The notes beneath the pieces were generated by a model. The model saw only the letters and a list, made by a program, of their open reading frames with translations, was not told the origin of the DNA and searched no databases. A DNA stretch of 58,660 nucleotides, from NCBI GenBank assembly GCA_964638245.1, contig CAZWZG010000002.1, forward strand, positions 15,492 through 74,151. The letters run 5' to 3'. Within the stretch, counting starts at the first letter, position 1; every line of letters starts with the position of its first letter. The stretch is from an uncultured Rhodobacterales bacterium. Lineage in GTDB: Bacteria > Pseudomonadota > Alphaproteobacteria > Rhodobacterales > Rhodobacteraceae. The position numbers and the translations under genes are program-made. Shown piece by piece: positions 56,635 to 58,660 of this stretch.

Positions 56635-57525
56635 ATGAACCAGCTTTCTGCTGCTGAACGGGGCTTGGATTATGCCCCTTATGATTTTGGCTCGGCACCG
56701 TTAACGCTGCGTGGGCCTAAGAAAGAGCCGGATGGCGATTATATCGCCATGCTTGGCGGATCCGAGACGTATGGGAAGTACGTACAATACCCGTTTCCCG
56801 ACCTAGTCGAGGCGGTGACGGGGGTTCAGGTGCTCAATCTGGGCGTCATGAACGCCGGAATTGGCGCATTCACGGATGATGAAAATGTGTCTGAGCTTTG
56901 CAATCGCTCTAAGGCCACCGTTGTTCAGGTGCTGGGGGCACAGAACATGTCCAATCCGCTCTATTCCGTGCACGCCCGTCGAAATGATCGCGTGTTGGGG
57001 GCGACGCCTGCACTAAAGGAACTTTATCAGGGACTTGACCTGACCGAAGTGCATTTCACGAGGCACCTTATGAACAAGCTGCGGCGTTTGAGCGAAGAGA
57101 GCTTCTCGGAAGTGCGCGAAGTACTGCGCGATGCCTGGGTGTCCCAGATGCGCAAACTGCTTGGCCAGATCGAAGGCGAAGTCATGCTTTTGTGGATTTC
57201 GTCCCGCGGTCCACAGGAACCCGAAGATCTTAGCGATCCGACCGATCCGCTTTTCGTGGACCGGCGGATGCTGGCCGCGCTTAAGGATCAATTCCACACT
57301 CTGGTCGAGATCAGGTTGTTGGATGAGCCCGACGAGAAGAAACTGTTCGGCAAAATCTATGCAGCGAGCGAAGCGGACGCCGCGATGCAGATGCCGGGCC
57401 CGCGCGCCCACGGGCAGATCGCGCAGACAATTGCGAGCGCTTTGCAACCTATCCTGAAGTCCGAGGCCGGGATCACGACCGAAGTCGATGATAGCGCGCT
57501 GTTCAGATCGCAGCGCATGACCTAA
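56635..57525 (+). CDS. Hypothetical protein (possibly DUF6473-like), function unknown
   Basis: 296 aa from ATG 56635. A long clean ORF with somewhat lower GC than its neighbours. The family name comes from uncertain recollection only. Confidence 0.5.
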   Translation: MNQLSAAERGLDYAPYDFGSAPLTLRGPKKEPDGDYIAMLGGSETYGKYVQYPFPDLVEAVTGVQVLNLGVMNAGIGAFTDDENVSELCNRSKATVVQVLGAQNMSNPLYSVHARRNDRVLGATPALKELYQGLDLTEVHFTRHLMNKLRRLSEESFSEVREVLRDAWVSQMRKLLGQIEGEVMLLWISSRGPQEPEDLSDPTDPLFVDRRMLAALKDQFHTLVEIRLLDEPDEKKLFGKIYAASEADAAMQMPGPRAHGQIAQTIASALQPILKSEAGITTEVDDSALFRSQRMT

Positions 57526-57562
57526 AGGTCGGGCAAGCGCCGAAGCGCTTGCCATTGAATCT

Positions 57563-58492
57563 TCAGCCCGCTTTTTCAATCAGTTCCGGCACCGCCGTGA
57601 ACAGATCCGCGACCAGGCCATAGTCTGCGACCTGAAAAATCGGGGCTTCTTCGTCCTTGTTGATGGCCACGATGACTTTGCTGTCTTTCATGCCCGCAAG
57701 GTGCTGAATCGCGCCCGATATACCGACAGCAATATAGAGGTCGGGTGCCACAACCTTGCCCGTCTGGCCAACCTGCCAATCGTTTGGGGCGTAACCGGAG
57801 TCAACGGCAGCACGCGATGCGCCAACAGCGGCGCCGAGCGTATCGGCAAGCTTCTCGATCAGGGCGAAGTCTTCTTCGGACCCGACACCGCGGCCACCCG
57901 AGACCACAACGCCTGCCGAAGTCAGTTCGGGGCGATCGCTGGCGGCAACGGTGTCTTCCACCCAAGACGACAGGCCTGGATCGGCAGCGGCACCGATGGA
58001 TTCGACGCTTGCCGATCCACCGGTTTCTGCAGCATCAAAATTCGCCGTCCGCACCGAGACAACTTTGGTCGCATCCGCCGATTTGACCGTTTGGATCGCG
58101 TTGCCTGCGTAAATCGGCCGCTCGAACGTGTCCCCGTCCACGACAGCGGAAATATCAGTGATGACCATGACATCCAGAAGCGCCGCGACGCGGGGCAGGA
58201 TGTTTTTGGCATCGGTTGTGGCGGGTGCAACGATGTGGCTGTAGTCGTCCGCTAGCGACACGATCAGCGCAGCCGTCGGTTCTGCAAGCCGGTGGCCCAG
58301 TGTCGCATCTTCTGCAACTAAGACCTTGGACACGCCCGAGATCGTTGCGGCTTCCTTGGCGGCGTCAGCGGCGGTGGCACCAGCACATAGCACGGTGATG
58401 TCGCCGAGCGGAGCAGCGGCGGTGACGGTTTTTGCCGTGGCATCCATCGCCAGAGCGCCGTCATTGATTTCTGCGAGAAGAAGTACGGCCAT
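57563..58492 (-). CDS. etfA: Electron transfer flavoprotein subunit alpha
   Basis: 309 aa. C-terminal FAD-binding signature LYIAVGISGAIQHLAGMKDSKVIVAINKDEEAPIF. Confidence 0.9.
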   Translation of the reverse strand: MAVLLLAEINDGALAMDATAKTVTAAAPLGDITVLCAGATAADAAKEAATISGVSKVLVAEDATLGHRLAEPTAALIVSLADDYSHIVAPATTDAKNILPRVAALLDVMVITDISAVVDGDTFERPIYAGNAIQTVKSADATKVVSVRTANFDAAETGGSASVESIGAAADPGLSSWVEDTVAASDRPELTSAGVVVSGGRGVGSEEDFALIEKLADTLGAAVGASRAAVDSGYAPNDWQVGQTGKVVAPDLYIAVGISGAIQHLAGMKDSKVIVAINKDEEAPIFQVADYGLVADLFTAVPELIEKAG

Positions 58493-58660
58493 CAGATCAC
58501 CCCTGCTTCGTCTTTGAGTTTTGCCACAAGCTCGTCGACCGAACCGACCATAACGCCTGCTTTGCGCGCCTCGGGCTCAGCGGTCGAAACGATCTCAAGT
58601 CGCGGCGAGACATCGACGCCGTAGTCAGCAGGCGTTTTCTCGTCCAGCGGCTTTTTCTTG
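58492..58660 (-). CDS. etfB: Electron transfer flavoprotein subunit beta, C-terminal end (partial)
   Basis: Minus-strand frame reads ...[54 protein letters not shown]. Its stop overlaps the etfA ATG (TGATG). Truncated by the window edge. Confidence 0.8.
   Translation of the reverse strand, partial: KKKPLDEKTPADYGVDVSPRLEIVSTAEPEARKAGVMVGSVDELVAKLKDEAGVI

Overview
High-GC alphaproteobacterial chromosome segment. Gene content and synteny look Rhodobacterales/roseobacter-like; this is inferred from protein motifs only, with no search run. I support about 62 protein-coding genes, one cobalamin riboswitch, a few intrinsic terminators and a small dispersed intergenic repeat family. I found no rRNA, tRNA, CRISPR array, transposase, integrase or phage genes. 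Most of the window is ordinary core chromosome:
- polA 3' end
- a MoxR/DUF58/BatA-like operon
- Hsp20 and a peroxiredoxin
- deoC with a long aldehyde dehydrogenase, and rpe
- a peptide-type ABC importer with two binding proteins
- orphan phnM plus DUF1045
- a B12 riboswitch operon (btuB, btuF-like, cobU, TauE)
- acyl-CoA dehydrogenase and pckA
- chvI-chvG-hprK-rapZ-EIIA(Man)-HPr
- hbd and etfAB
The best candidate for something undescribed is the minus-strand cassette at 4353-6923. It pairs a RelA/SpoT-hydrolase-type HD protein carrying a ribbon-helix-helix-like C-terminal module with a compositionally atypical (low-GC) 575-aa DMT-like membrane fusion protein 18 bp downstream; an N-terminally anchored RTX-repeat protein follows. 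This is a hypothesis from sequence patterns, not a demonstrated system. Secondary curiosities:
- standalone GAF and cNMP-binding (degenerate phosphate-binding cassette) domains inside the ABC importer locus
- a TauE permease translationally coupled to cobU in a riboswitch operon that lacks BtuCD
- a divergent gpsA paralog coupled to a metallophosphoesterase
- a broken polA frame at the window edge
- a repeated AAATATCCCGG-plus-palindrome element at three convergent gene ends
No canonical defence-system or mobile-element hallmark is visible.
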